A DNA stretch of 64,000 nucleotides, taken from the NCBI GenBank assembly GCA_902576815.1, contig CACGWQ010000005.1:887-64886 (forward strand), given 5' to 3'. Below the pieces are notes generated by a model, which had not been told where the DNA came from, did not search any database, and saw nothing but the letters and a program-made list of their open reading frames with translations. The stretch is from an uncultured Pelagibacteraceae bacterium (GTDB taxonomy: Bacteria; Pseudomonadota; Alphaproteobacteria; Pelagibacterales; Pelagibacteraceae). The translations under genes and the position numbers were made by a program. Positions 20,305 through 31,300 of the stretch are shown piece by piece; position 1 is the stretch's first letter, and every line of letters begins with the position of its first letter.

Positions 20305-21090
20305 ATGAGTATAGATTTAAAAAACAAAAGAATAATTATATCTGCTGGAGGTTCAGGGATAGGCTGGAGTTCGGCAAAAATATTTTTAGAGAAAGGTGCA
20401 ACAGTATATCTTTGTGATATCAATGCCACTTTTCTTAACAAATGCAAAAAGCATAAACTAAATAATAAAAAATTATTTGTTTTTCAATGTGATGCCTCAG
20501 ACGAGAACCAGGTAAAGAATTTTTTTACCAAAGTATTAAAAAAAACAAAAAAAATTGATGCTCTTATTAATAATGTTGGAATTGCCGGGCCAACTGGAAC
20601 ACTCGAAAAATTAAAAAGTAAAGATTGGGAAAATACTTTAAAGGTGAATGTTATAAGCCATTTTTATTTTTCAAAGTATTCAATTCCAATGCTTAAAAAA
20701 AATAAAAGCGGAGCAATAATAAATTTATCATCAACCGCAGGTATATTTGGATTTCCATTAAGATCTCCTTACTGTGCAAGTAAGTGGGCAGTTGTTGGTA
20801 TAACCAAAACATTGGCAATGGAACTAGGAAAATTTAAAATTAGAGTAAATGCTATTTGTCCAGGAACAATTAAAGGAGATAGAATGGGAAGAGTCATAAG
20901 AGATAAATCTAAATTTTTAAATGTTTCAAAAAAATTAATAGAAAAAGAATTTGTTTCAATGACGTCAATGAATACTTGGGTATACGAAGACGACATTGGG
21001 AAAATTTGTAGCTTTCTAATTTCTAATGATGCTCCAAGAATATCTGGGCAAGTAATTGCCGTAGATGGCAATACTTTAAGAATGCACTAA
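20305..21090 (+). CDS. SDR family oxidoreductase
   Basis: SAGGSGIG, NNVGIAG, YCASK, VNAICPG. Confidence 0.9.
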   Translation: MSIDLKNKRIIISAGGSGIGWSSAKIFLEKGATVYLCDINATFLNKCKKHKLNNKKLFVFQCDASDENQVKNFFTKVLKKTKKIDALINNVGIAGPTGTLEKLKSKDWENTLKVNVISHFYFSKYSIPMLKKNKSGAIINLSSTAGIFGFPLRSPYCASKWAVVGITKTLAMELGKFKIRVNAICPGTIKGDRMGRVIRDKSKFLNVSKKLIEKEFVSMTSMNTWVYEDDIGKICSFLISNDAPRISGQVIAVDGNTLRMH

Positions 21091-21093
21091 CAA

Positions 21094-21507
21094 CTAAACT
21101 TTAATATTTTTTTCATTTATTTCCATAAATGGGAAATGAGACTCTTTATAATGTATATTTTCTGCTTTTTTTAAAAAACTGATATCATCCAGTAAACCTG
21201 CATATAAATAGTATTTCTTGTACTTTTCCACATAAGTCAAAATTGGTGCTGCGCACTTTCCACAAAAATGTTTTTTTATTTTATTACCACTGCCTCCTTC
21301 GTGTTCATAAATTTTCAATTTTGATTTATCTATATCTATTGCTCCGTCTCTAAGCAGTATTATTGTCATCATTCCCCCTATTTTTTTTCTACAATCAATG
21401 CAATGACAATTGAAAACTAAAGGAACTTCATCAAGCTTAACGTTAAAAGTTATATTTCCACAGATACATCCGCCAGTTTTATTTATAAAAATTTTTTCTT
21501 TCATCAA
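21094..21507 (-). CDS. GFA/CENP-V family protein (copy 1)
   Basis: GGCICG, CHCIDCRK, FCGKCAA zinc motifs. Confidence 0.85.
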   Translation of the reverse strand: MMKEKIFINKTGGCICGNITFNVKLDEVPLVFNCHCIDCRKKIGGMMTIILLRDGAIDIDKSKLKIYEHEGGSGNKIKKHFCGKCAAPILTYVEKYKKYYLYAGLLDDISFLKKAENIHYKESHFPFMEINEKNIKV

Positions 21508-22445
21508 TTTCTAATTTTATTCTCATATTTTTTTCTAATTTTTAAGACATCAACTAAATATTGATCCCTAATATTTGAAAGCATATTAATTGATTTACCT
21601 TTGGCTTGTTTTTTTGTGCCTGATATAAGTTTATCAGATAATTTATTTGTTAATTTTGGAGCTTTTAATTTTGTCCAAGGTAATTTTAATGCTGGACCAA
21701 ATTGTTTTAACATATGTTTCATTCCTTTATTACCTCCTGCAAGATGAAATGTTAAAAAAGTACCCATTAATGAGTATCTAAGACCTGGTCCATCTTCTAT
21801 TGCACGATCTAATTCTTGAGTTGTTGCATAATTTTCGTTAATTATATGCAAACCTTCTCTCCACAATGCTTCTTGGAGTCTATCTGATAGATAACCTGGT
21901 AATTCTTTTTTAAGCATAATTGGCTTCATTGAGATTGATTTGTAATATTTATTTGCATCTAAAAGAAACTTTTTTGTGGTTTTTTTTCCAGGAACTATTT
22001 CAACTGCTGGCAACAAATATGCTGGGTTAAATGGATGTCCAATTAAGCCTCTTTGTGGATTTTTACTCTTAGAAAAAATTTTAGAGGGTAAAAGTCCTGA
22101 AGAGCTTGAGGAAATAATTACATTTGATTTAACATATTTTGAGATTTTTTTTATCAAATCAGTTTTAACTTTATAATTTTCTAATACACTTTCTTGAACA
22201 AAATCGACATTTGCAAGAGCTTTTTCAAGAGAATTAAAAAATTTTAAATTTTTAATTAAAATCTTTTTTCCAAAAAGTTTTTTTATACTCTTTGAAGTTC
22301 TTCTTATCTCTTTTAAAACATAACTTTTAAGATTTTTATTTTGATCATATGCATGAACGATTTTATTGTGTGCTAAATTTCTTATTATCCATCCAGTCCC
22401 TATGACACCAGTTCCAACAATTCCCACAGTTTTAATTTTTGACAT
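21504..22445 (-). CDS. lcdH: L-carnitine dehydrogenase (3-hydroxyacyl-CoA dehydrogenase family)
   Basis: GTGVIGTGW, SSSSSGLLPS, GHPFNP, DRLQEALWRE, LAGGNKGMKHMLKQFGPALKLPWTKL (carnitine dehydrogenase-type); coupled to a BKACE gene. Confidence 0.85.
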   Translation of the reverse strand: MSKIKTVGIVGTGVIGTGWIIRNLAHNKIVHAYDQNKNLKSYVLKEIRRTSKSIKKLFGKKILIKNLKFFNSLEKALANVDFVQESVLENYKVKTDLIKKISKYVKSNVIISSSSSGLLPSKIFSKSKNPQRGLIGHPFNPAYLLPAVEIVPGKKTTKKFLLDANKYYKSISMKPIMLKKELPGYLSDRLQEALWREGLHIINENYATTQELDRAIEDGPGLRYSLMGTFLTFHLAGGNKGMKHMLKQFGPALKLPWTKLKAPKLTNKLSDKLISGTKKQAKGKSINMLSNIRDQYLVDVLKIRKKYENKIRN

Positions 22446-23332
22446 TACTTGTGTTTTACAAGTTTTAATTTTTCTCTTGTTTCTGAAGGTGACATAATTT
22501 CTACACCAAGATCTGTAACTATTCTCATAGCTTTCTCAACTAATTGAGGATTTGTTGCCAATTTACCTTTAGATAAATATAAATTATCCTCTAATCCAAC
22601 TCTTGGGTTACCTCCCATTACTACAGTTTGAGCAACATATGGCATTTCATTTTTAGATATTGCAAAACCTGACCATATACCTTCTTTGGGCATTATATCT
22701 TTCATTGCTTGCATAGCTAAAGGTGTTGCGGGCGCTCCCCACGGAATTCCTAAACACATTTGAAAAAGAGGTGGATCACTTAACAATCCCTCTTTATATA
22801 ATTGAGCTCCAAACCACATATTTCCCAAATCAAAAGCTTCTATTTCAGGTTTAACTTTTATTTCCTTAAGCTTTTTTGCGGCTTTTCTTAAATCGTTAGG
22901 TGTATTAACTGTGATAACAGAACTGTCTCCAAAATTTAATGTACCGCAATCAAGTGTACATATTTCTGGAAGAAATTGTTCAGCATTCGCAATTCTCTCC
23001 ATTACATTTGCCATGTCTGTCATCGGACCAAATTCTAAAGGGTTCTTGCCTTGACCTATATCTAAATCACCACCCATTCCTGTTGTAAGATTAAGAATCA
23101 CATCAGTTTCAGATGATCTTACTCTATCAACTACTTCTTTATAAAGCTCGAGTCTTCTACTTGGAGTTCCATCTTTCTCTCTAACATGAATATGAGCAAT
23201 AGCAGCACCGGCTTTCGCAGACTCTATTGCTGCTTTTGCAATTTGTTCTGGAGTTTTGGGCAAATCAGGATGTTTGCTTGCTGTATCACCAGATCCTGTA
23301 ACTGCGCATGAGATGAAGACTTTATTGTTCAT
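22445..23332 (-). CDS. cdhC: Beta-keto acid cleavage enzyme (BKACE/DUF849), probable dehydrocarnitine cleavage enzyme
   Basis: ISCAVTG, AGAAIAHIHVR, LNLTTGMGGD, PEICTLDCGTLNF, RVGLEDN. Confidence 0.82.
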   Translation of the reverse strand: MNNKVFISCAVTGSGDTASKHPDLPKTPEQIAKAAIESAKAGAAIAHIHVREKDGTPSRRLELYKEVVDRVRSSETDVILNLTTGMGGDLDIGQGKNPLEFGPMTDMANVMERIANAEQFLPEICTLDCGTLNFGDSSVITVNTPNDLRKAAKKLKEIKVKPEIEAFDLGNMWFGAQLYKEGLLSDPPLFQMCLGIPWGAPATPLAMQAMKDIMPKEGIWSGFAISKNEMPYVAQTVVMGGNPRVGLEDNLYLSKGKLATNPQLVEKAMRIVTDLGVEIMSPSETREKLKLVKHK

Positions 23333-23390
23333 TTTTATTTATAGAAAAATATAATATCATATCATTAATAATTATAGGAAATAAAATTAA

Positions 23391-24251
23391 ATGGACTTAA
23401 ATAAACTAAGAGTAAGACGTAGTTTTATATTTACCCCAGGTCTTCAACCAGAAATGTTTCCAAAAGCCTTAGCTTCAGGTGCTGATATGGTTTGTATTGA
23501 ATTAGAAGATGGAATAGCCATGAAAGATAAAGATGAAGCAAGAAAAAATACTATTGATGCATTAAAGTCACTAGAAGTAAAAAATGATGTTGAATTAGTT
23601 GTTAGATTAAATTGTCAAAGAACCAAACATGGACTTCTAGACTTAGAAGCTATTGCTTCAAATAAACTAAAAGTTAAAGCTATCATGTTACCTAAAGTTA
23701 GAACGCCTGACGAAATTACATTTATTGATGACATGCTTACTGATTGTGGTTTAGATACTGATCTTCATGTTATAATGGAAACTAATCAAGCTCTTGAAAG
23801 TATTTATGATATTGCACATTCTAGCGATAGAATAGTTGCTCTATATTTCGGGGGAGAAGATATGGCAGCAGAATTGAGAGTGGAAAACAAATTAGAGAAT
23901 TTAGTTTATGCAAGATCAAGATTAGTTCATGCTGGTGCAAGTAAAGGAGTTGATGTTATTGATGTTCCGTATTTAAATCTTGAAAATATGGAAGGAATGA
24001 AAAAAGAAGCGCAGTTTGTTAAAAACTTAGGTTTTACTGGAAAAGGATCTATTCATCCAAAACAAATAAGTATTTTAAATGAAATTTTTACTCCATCAGA
24101 AGAAGAGATAAGTAAAGCTAAAAGAATTATGGATCAATTTAAAAAAGCTGATACAGGTTTGGTTGTAATTGATGGCAAATTAATAGAAAGACCAGTTTTA
24201 CGAGAGATGCAAAGAAAATTGTTAGTAGCAAATAAAATAAATAAAAGCTGA
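23391..24251 (+). CDS. CitE/HpcH-like CoA-ester lyase
   Basis: RRSFIFTPG, IELEDG, MLPKV, FGGEDM, GKGSIHPKQI, IDGKLIERP. Confidence 0.85.
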   Translation: MDLNKLRVRRSFIFTPGLQPEMFPKALASGADMVCIELEDGIAMKDKDEARKNTIDALKSLEVKNDVELVVRLNCQRTKHGLLDLEAIASNKLKVKAIMLPKVRTPDEITFIDDMLTDCGLDTDLHVIMETNQALESIYDIAHSSDRIVALYFGGEDMAAELRVENKLENLVYARSRLVHAGASKGVDVIDVPYLNLENMEGMKKEAQFVKNLGFTGKGSIHPKQISILNEIFTPSEEEISKAKRIMDQFKKADTGLVVIDGKLIERPVLREMQRKLLVANKINKS

Positions 24252-24255
24252 TAAA

Positions 24256-24723
24256 ATGTCATTTCATTTGGCTTCGAGAAAAATAATTAAAGATTGGACA
24301 GATTATAATGAGCATATGAACATGGCTTATTATGTTTTAATTTTTGATGAAGCTTGGGAGACGATGCTTAATAAATTTGAAATGGGTGGAGCTAAAGCAC
24401 AAATTAATAAAAGAAGCACAATGGTGGTTGAAACAAGAACAACTTATAACAACGAAGTTAAAGAGAATGAAGAAGTAGATGTTTATTGCACTTTTTTTGA
24501 TCATGATAAAAAAAGATTACATTTAAAATGTGAAATGATTGAAAAAAAAACAAAAAAACTTGCAGCAACAACAGAAAGTCTCTCTCTTTATATTGATCTA
24601 GATAAACGAAAAGTTACAGAATTTGAAGAAGATAAAATAAAAATTATGGATGATTTTATTAATGAGAATAAAAATAATTTTAAAACTGATGATCTTGTAC
24701 TTACAGGTAAATTAAAAAAATAA
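24256..24723 (+). CDS. 4HBT-like thioesterase, probable betainyl-CoA thioesterase (CdhB-like)
   Basis: WTDYNEHMNMAYYVLIFD hot-dog motif, DKKRLHL; next to carnitine genes. Confidence 0.78.
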   Translation: MSFHLASRKIIKDWTDYNEHMNMAYYVLIFDEAWETMLNKFEMGGAKAQINKRSTMVVETRTTYNNEVKENEEVDVYCTFFDHDKKRLHLKCEMIEKKTKKLAATTESLSLYIDLDKRKVTEFEEDKIKIMDDFINENKNNFKTDDLVLTGKLKK

Positions 24724-25260
24724 ATGCAAATTGTAGAAGAAATTATTTATAATTTTGAAAGTAATAAATCTTTATATGTAGGTGAAAATATAACGATAGC
24801 AGATCACATGATTCAATCTGCAATGCTTGCAGAAAAGGCAAAATGTGACGATGATCTAATATGTTCTTGCTTACTTCATGATTATGGACATTTTGTTATC
24901 GATGACCCAGATAAATTAGTAGAAAATAATAAAGATGGTGAACATGAAGTAATTGGATATAAATTTCTAAAAAAATATTTTAGCAATAAAGTTGTAAACC
25001 CAATTAAATATCATGTTTTAGCCAAGCGATATTTAGCAAGAGACAAAAGGTATTATAACAAATTGTCTAAAGCATCGAAGATTAGTCTAAAACTTCAAGG
25101 AGGAGTTTTAAATGAGAAAGAGTGTGAAGATTTTGAAAACAAAGATTATTTCAAAAGTTCCATACTTCTCAGAAAATTTGATGAAGCATCAAAAAAAGTT
25201 GGTATTAAAATGAAAAATATTAATCAATACAAAGAATTATTAAAATTAAAATTAAAATGA
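24724..25260 (+). CDS. HD-domain protein, PhnZ/TmpB-like diiron oxygenase family
   Basis: YVGE, DHMIQ, LLHDYGH, HEVIG, HVLAKRYL, LSKASKISLKLQGG, RKFDEASK. Confidence 0.82.
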   Translation: MQIVEEIIYNFESNKSLYVGENITIADHMIQSAMLAEKAKCDDDLICSCLLHDYGHFVIDDPDKLVENNKDGEHEVIGYKFLKKYFSNKVVNPIKYHVLAKRYLARDKRYYNKLSKASKISLKLQGGVLNEKECEDFENKDYFKSSILLRKFDEASKKVGIKMKNINQYKELLKLKLK

Positions 25261-26837
25261 ATTTTGATTATATAATAATCGGTGCTGGTACAGCAGGTTG
25301 TGTTCTTGCAAATAGACTAAGCGAAAATGGTAAATTTAAAGTTGCTTTATTTGAAGCGGGTGGATCTAGTGATATTTGGAAGGTTAATATGCCTTTGGCA
25401 ATTTTGTATGCTATGCATGATCCAAAATATAATTATAAATATTATTCGGAACCAGAACCTAATTTAAATAATAGAAGATTATTTTGCCCAAGAGGAAAAA
25501 TGATAGGCGGTTGTTCTGCGCATAATGGGATGGTTTACGTTCGAGGAAACAAAAAAGATTATGAAAGATGGGCTTCATTTGGTCTAAAATCATGGTCTTA
25601 TGAAAATGTTTTACCATTTTTTAAAAAAATTGAGACATGGTCTGAAGGAGAGAATAAATTCAGAGGTGGGAAAGGAATTTTACCAGTAAATCAATCCAAA
25701 AACAAAAATCCATTGTTTAGTGCTTTTATTAATGCTTCTGTCGAAGCAGGATATAAAAAAAATGATGACATGAACGGGGAAGATCAAGAGGGATTTGGAA
25801 TGTATGACATTACAATTCATAAAGGACAAAGAGCTAGCGCTTCTAAATATTATCTAGAACCAGCAAAAAAAAGAAAAAATTTAAAAGTCTTTACAAATTC
25901 GTTTGCTGAAAGAATTATTTTTGAAGGAAAGAAAGCAGTCGGAATAGAAGTAAATATAAAAAATAAAGTCACAAAAGTTTATGCAAATAAAGAAGTTGTG
26001 TTGAGTGGAGGTTCAATCAATTCACCACAACTATTGTTGTTATCAGGTGTTGGACCTGAAAAAGATTTAAAAGATAAAGGGATTAACGTTATCCACTCTT
26101 TAGAAGGAGTGGGTCAAAATTTACAAGATCACTTAGAAACCTACATTCAGCAAGAATGCAAAACTAAAGATACTCTCTATTCTTATGTTAACAAAATAAA
26201 TATGTTTAAAATTGGTATTCAATGGTTTCTTTCAAAAAGTGGCCCATGTTCTACTTCATTTTTAGAAGCAGGTGGTTTTTGCAAATCTTCAGAAGACAAA
26301 AGCTATCCGAATATTCAATTTCATTTTTTTCCAGCATTTGTAATCGATCATGGATTAGTTGACCCTGACAGACATGGTTATCAATTACACGCGAGTTTGA
26401 ATCAACCTAAAAGTAGAGGACATATTAAATTAAATAGTTCAAATCCATACGATTACCCAAAAATTCAATTTAATTATTTAGAAGATGAATATGACTTAAA
26501 AGAAACAATTAAATGTGTTCGTGTAGCTAGAAAGATTTTAGGTCAAGACTCAATGAAGCCTTATGCTGGAAAAGAGATTGGTCCAGGTGAAAGAGCAACT
26601 GATGATGAGCAAATTACGGAGTATATTAGATCAAAAGCCGAGACAGCTTATCATCCATCCTGCACATTAAAAATGGGTGTGGACAAAATGGCGGTAGTTG
26701 ACGAAAAATTGAAAGTTCACGGTTTAGAAAATTTAAGAGTTGCAGATGCCTCGGTTATGCCAGAGATTACAAGTGGTAATTTAAATGCACCAACTTTAAT
26801 GATAGGCGAAAGAGCGGCTGATTTTATCCTTAATTAG
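25257..26837 (+). CDS. betA: Choline dehydrogenase (GMC oxidoreductase)
   Basis: GAGTAGCVLANRLSE, PRGKMIGG, GVGQNLQDHLE, ETAYHPSCT, SGNLNAPTLMIGE. Confidence 0.87.
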   Translation: MNFDYIIIGAGTAGCVLANRLSENGKFKVALFEAGGSSDIWKVNMPLAILYAMHDPKYNYKYYSEPEPNLNNRRLFCPRGKMIGGCSAHNGMVYVRGNKKDYERWASFGLKSWSYENVLPFFKKIETWSEGENKFRGGKGILPVNQSKNKNPLFSAFINASVEAGYKKNDDMNGEDQEGFGMYDITIHKGQRASASKYYLEPAKKRKNLKVFTNSFAERIIFEGKKAVGIEVNIKNKVTKVYANKEVVLSGGSINSPQLLLLSGVGPEKDLKDKGINVIHSLEGVGQNLQDHLETYIQQECKTKDTLYSYVNKINMFKIGIQWFLSKSGPCSTSFLEAGGFCKSSEDKSYPNIQFHFFPAFVIDHGLVDPDRHGYQLHASLNQPKSRGHIKLNSSNPYDYPKIQFNYLEDEYDLKETIKCVRVARKILGQDSMKPYAGKEIGPGERATDDEQITEYIRSKAETAYHPSCTLKMGVDKMAVVDEKLKVHGLENLRVADASVMPEITSGNLNAPTLMIGERAADFILN

Positions 26838-27306
26838 TCTCAAGATATTTTTTATATCTATCTAAACTTTCTTTAGGCCAAGCAATTTTAGGATCATACA
26901 TTTCATCATAGCAAATATCTTTGTTTACAATATTTATCCATGGATCTTTACTTTTAACAAATATGTGTGCTTGAGGTGGAAAAAGCTCTGGATTAGATAA
27001 AGTATTTGTTCTGATACTTATCCTTTTAACAGCGAATTCATAGTCAGAATAAATGTAAACACCACACTTTTTACAAAAGTAAACCTTGCAGCTTTTTCCA
27101 CTACCTGCAATTAACTTCTTTTCTATAAGCTCACCTTTGATATCTAATGAACTTTCAAAAATACTTGTATTAATAACGAAAGATGATCCGGTTATTTTCT
27201 TACAATCTTTACAATGACAAGCATGTGTAAATAAAGGCTTAGATTTAATAGTATATTCAATTTCTCCACAAATACAGCTACCAAAAATTGGTTTAAAATC
27301 TTCCAT
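26830..27306 (-). CDS. GFA/CENP-V family protein (copy 2)
   Basis: GSCICG, CHCKDCKK, FCKKCG, PQAHIFVKSK.PW. Confidence 0.87.
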   Translation of the reverse strand: MEDFKPIFGSCICGEIEYTIKSKPLFTHACHCKDCKKITGSSFVINTSIFESSLDIKGELIEKKLIAGSGKSCKVYFCKKCGVYIYSDYEFAVKRISIRTNTLSNPELFPPQAHIFVKSKDPWINIVNKDICYDEMYDPKIAWPKESLDRYKKYLETN

Positions 27307-27359
27307 AAATACTTTTTAGAGTATCTTATTAATTATGAAGGTTAAAGTTTTTTTGATAT

Positions 27360-28316
27360 ATGTGCGATATGCAAACAAATGACAATACAAAAGGTATTCT
27401 GTTTATTATTACTGGAATGGCTTTTTTCTCCATTCAAGACTCTTTAATTAAGTTTATTTTTGAAGACATTGCATTATTTGAGCTATATTTAGGGCGGACA
27501 TTAATACAAGCAACTATCCTCATTTCTTATTTTTTAATAGCAAAAAAAAAAATTTCTCTTAAAACGCATTACCCTTTTTTAACATTAGTAAGAGTTATTT
27601 GTTTCTTTTTTGGGTTTGCTTTTTTTTATATATCACTAACATTTATGTCTCTTGCAATGGTTAGTGCTTTATTTTTCTCATGTCCATTCTTCATGTCTAT
27701 TTTCGCTAAATTTTTCTTAAAAGAACAAATTGGAATTAGAAGATGGAGTGCAATTGTTATTGGTTTTATTGGAGTATTGATTGTATTAAATCCAACTCTT
27801 GAAGAGTTTAATTTTTTTAAATTAGCACCTGTTGGATGCGCTTTGTGCTACGCATGTTCTATGACAATAACAAAATACACTTCTGAAAAAGATAATATAT
27901 ATACTCAAATGACATTGCTTTATATTTTCGCAACATTAACGAGTATTATAATTTATATAATTTCTGGAGATGGAAAATTTAGCAATTTTTCAGATCCAAC
28001 TATGCAATTTATATTCAGAGAATGGTTTACTAACCCTACAGATTCGTGGCCTTATGTTTTTGTTATGGGAATTGTTGCATCAATTTCGTTTTTTTGTGTC
28101 TTTACAGCATATAGTGTTGCGTCACCTTCTGTAGTTTCAATTTTTGAATACTCATATATTGTTTTTGCTTCTTTTGCGGGGTATGTATTGTTTGATACTA
28201 TTCCTGAAACAAGAACATTTATAGGAGCAGCAATAATAATTTTGGCAGGAGTATATATTTATTTTAGGGAAAATGTTAAAAAACAGTTTATTGCTACTAA
28301 TACTCCTAATAGATAA
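27360..28316 (+). CDS. DMT/EamA family transporter
   Basis: 10-TM pattern, FLKEQIGIRRWSAIVIGFIGV. Confidence 0.85.
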   Translation: MCDMQTNDNTKGILFIITGMAFFSIQDSLIKFIFEDIALFELYLGRTLIQATILISYFLIAKKKISLKTHYPFLTLVRVICFFFGFAFFYISLTFMSLAMVSALFFSCPFFMSIFAKFFLKEQIGIRRWSAIVIGFIGVLIVLNPTLEEFNFFKLAPVGCALCYACSMTITKYTSEKDNIYTQMTLLYIFATLTSIIIYIISGDGKFSNFSDPTMQFIFREWFTNPTDSWPYVFVMGIVASISFFCVFTAYSVASPSVVSIFEYSYIVFASFAGYVLFDTIPETRTFIGAAIIILAGVYIYFRENVKKQFIATNTPNR

Positions 28317-28331
28317 ATAAAACAAAACTAT

Positions 28332-31300
28332 ATGACAAATAGAAATTGTTGTTTTACATATATAAAAATATTATTTATTTTTTGTTTATCAATCACTTAT
28401 AGTCAAGCAACAGTATTTAAAAATTATGAAGAGGCAAAGAAATGTTTTGATGATTATGAGAGCTTTGATCAATACAAAATTAAGCTAAAATCATGTTTTG
28501 ATAATAAAAATATAACTTTTGAAGATGAATCAATTAATCTTATAAAAAATAAGTCTGGAATAATACAACAAATAATTAAATTAGATTTACCTTTAGAAAA
28601 AAAAAATATATTTAAAGAAAGCCCTTTTTTTAATTTAAAAAGATTTTTAAATCCAAATTATAAAAAAGAAAAAAAATTAGAAGAAAGTTTATTTGATAAA
28701 CCAACAGTCTTTTCAGAAGATTATTTAAATAAGAAGTTTTCTCTAGATGAGAAAGATTTTTCCAATCTCAATAGACATATTAAAGCAAAGCCAAAAGATA
28801 TCTATGCTTTAACTGAAGATATAAACTACCTAACATATAAAAAAAATTATATTTCTGAATTTAAAAGAAATGAAATTCTTTTAAATATTTACAACTCGTT
28901 TGATCCAAATTCACTTAATAAAATAATTTCTGAAAGAAAAGCAAAAAAAGAAGAATTCTCAACTCCATCAATTGGTGGACTTGCGGCAATTACTGCATTA
29001 GCTGCTGCAGGAGGTAGTGGTGGAGGAGGTGGTTCTTCAACTCCACCAACATTATCCTATACAGTTTCAAGTAAGAATATTTCAGAATGCAGTACTGGTT
29101 TAACTATAACTGCTAATTTAACAAAAGCTCATTCGTCTAATGTTGTTATAACCTATTCAACTAGTGGTACAGCAACAAATGGTGTAGATTATAATCTTAC
29201 ATCTTCTACAACCACTATTGTATCCGGTGGTACAACTGCACAAATAACACTTGCTCCAGTTAACGATACAACTAACGAGACATCAGAAACAATTATTATA
29301 TCAGCTTCAGCTACTGGTGGATTAGAAACAACTGGTAACACAGAGACTACAATAACAATTCACGATTATGTTCTTGCTTGTAACTCTACAGCTTATACAG
29401 AAGACACTTCTCAGCAAAATACTATTACAAACAGAACTGCTTGGACAAATGTAGATGGAGATGTCACAGGTGGTCATCCATTTGAATTATTAAATATTCA
29501 CAAAGCTCACTCGTTCAAAGATGGTAGTGGTCAATATCTTACGGGAGAAGGGGAAACTGTACATGTTGCTGACTTTGGTTGTGATGAAAATCACGAACAA
29601 TTTAATAATAAAACTGTAACCATGATTGACAATGATGCAACTTTTAATCCTAGTCACACAGAATTAAATCACTGCATCCATGTCGCTGGAATTGCTGTTG
29701 GAGATATTAATGCATCTAGACAAGGAGTTGCGCCAGATGCAGATGTAGCTTTTTCACATGTAGGTACTTCAGGTACTAATATGGCTGGCGATTTAGACTC
29801 AGCAAGAGCCTTATCTGCAGTTTCTTCAAATAATAGTTGGGGATTTTGTGCTCAAAAAATTGGTGGGGTTTGTGTGGATACTTTTGAAGCAACTACTTTA
29901 CAAAATTTAATGACGGCAAATAGCACAACCCATGCTGAACAACTTGCAGCAAGCACAAGTCTTTTTACAAGTTCAACTGATGTTGATACTTATATAGCTG
30001 CATTAGATAATTTTCAAAATAATGGTATTATAGTTTTCTCTGCTGGAAATGTTGTTGAAGATGATGCAGATGCTATGGCAGCTCTTCCATTTTTTTATGA
30101 CGGTGTAAAAGAAACGACAGATTTATCTGATGCATGGATAACAATAATTTATGCAGATTATACTGGCTCTTCATTAAACAGCGCTAGCACATCAGACTTT
30201 ACTAGAAAAGGAAATGCGTGCGGAAATAGCAAAGAATATTGTTTAACAGTCGACGATTTCAAAATTAGCTCTGGTTCTCATGTAACTGCCGGAGGGTCTA
30301 GTGAGTATGATAATATTCAAGGTTCTTCAATGGGAAGTCCAATGATAAGTGGAGGTATTGCATTGCTTGCTCAAGCTTTTCCAAATCATACCCCTGAGCA
30401 ATTAGCAGATAGATTATTAGCATCAGCAAATAATGATTGGTTTACACCAACAGGCAATACAACGTTTACAACACATGGAGCATCAGTGAAACACGGATAC
30501 CATAATGAATGGGGACATGGTGTACCTGATTTTTATGCAGCATTATCACCTATAACAACTAGCAGAAATCCGCTTTCTTTTGGAGGGGGTGGAGGTTCTG
30601 GTGGCGGTGGAAGTGGATCTGCAGATCCAATTCCTTTTGCAAATATGATGAAATATCCTATTAAAAGTTCACGTATTACTACATCAAATTCAATAGGTGA
30701 TGCTATTTACAGTTCATTAAAAGATAAAAAAGTTTATGCCTACGATGCATTAAATGGTGGATTTATTTTTAATGTTTCCGATTTTATCAGCGATGGGAAT
30801 AATCCTCAGATTATTGATTTAACAATTAACGACGAATTAAATAATCTTAGAAATTATAAAAAAATTGAAAATGATTTTGATTCCCAAAACTTTGAGGGTG
30901 AATTTATTAATCTTAAAGATAAATTTGATAGAGGAGTGAGTATAACGTTAGATCAAAATAATATAGCCGATCAGAATTATAACAGATTTAAAAACAAATT
31001 TTATAAAAATCCGTTCACAACAGTAAATAAAGGTTTAGGTTTTAATAGTAAGTTTTATTTAATGGGCAATGATATCGTAATTGGATATAATAATTCTAAT
31101 TTAAACCCTCTTACAAATGTAAATAAAGATATAATTTTACCTGTAGAAAACCTTTCTATGTCAATTGATTTAAAGAATGATCAGAATAATCTTTACTCTT
31201 TAATAAGTGGTTTTATGAAGGAAAAAAATTCATTTCTATTATCTAAGTCAGAAGGTGCTTTTGGATTGGGAGATAATGGTAGTATATCAAACTATTATGG

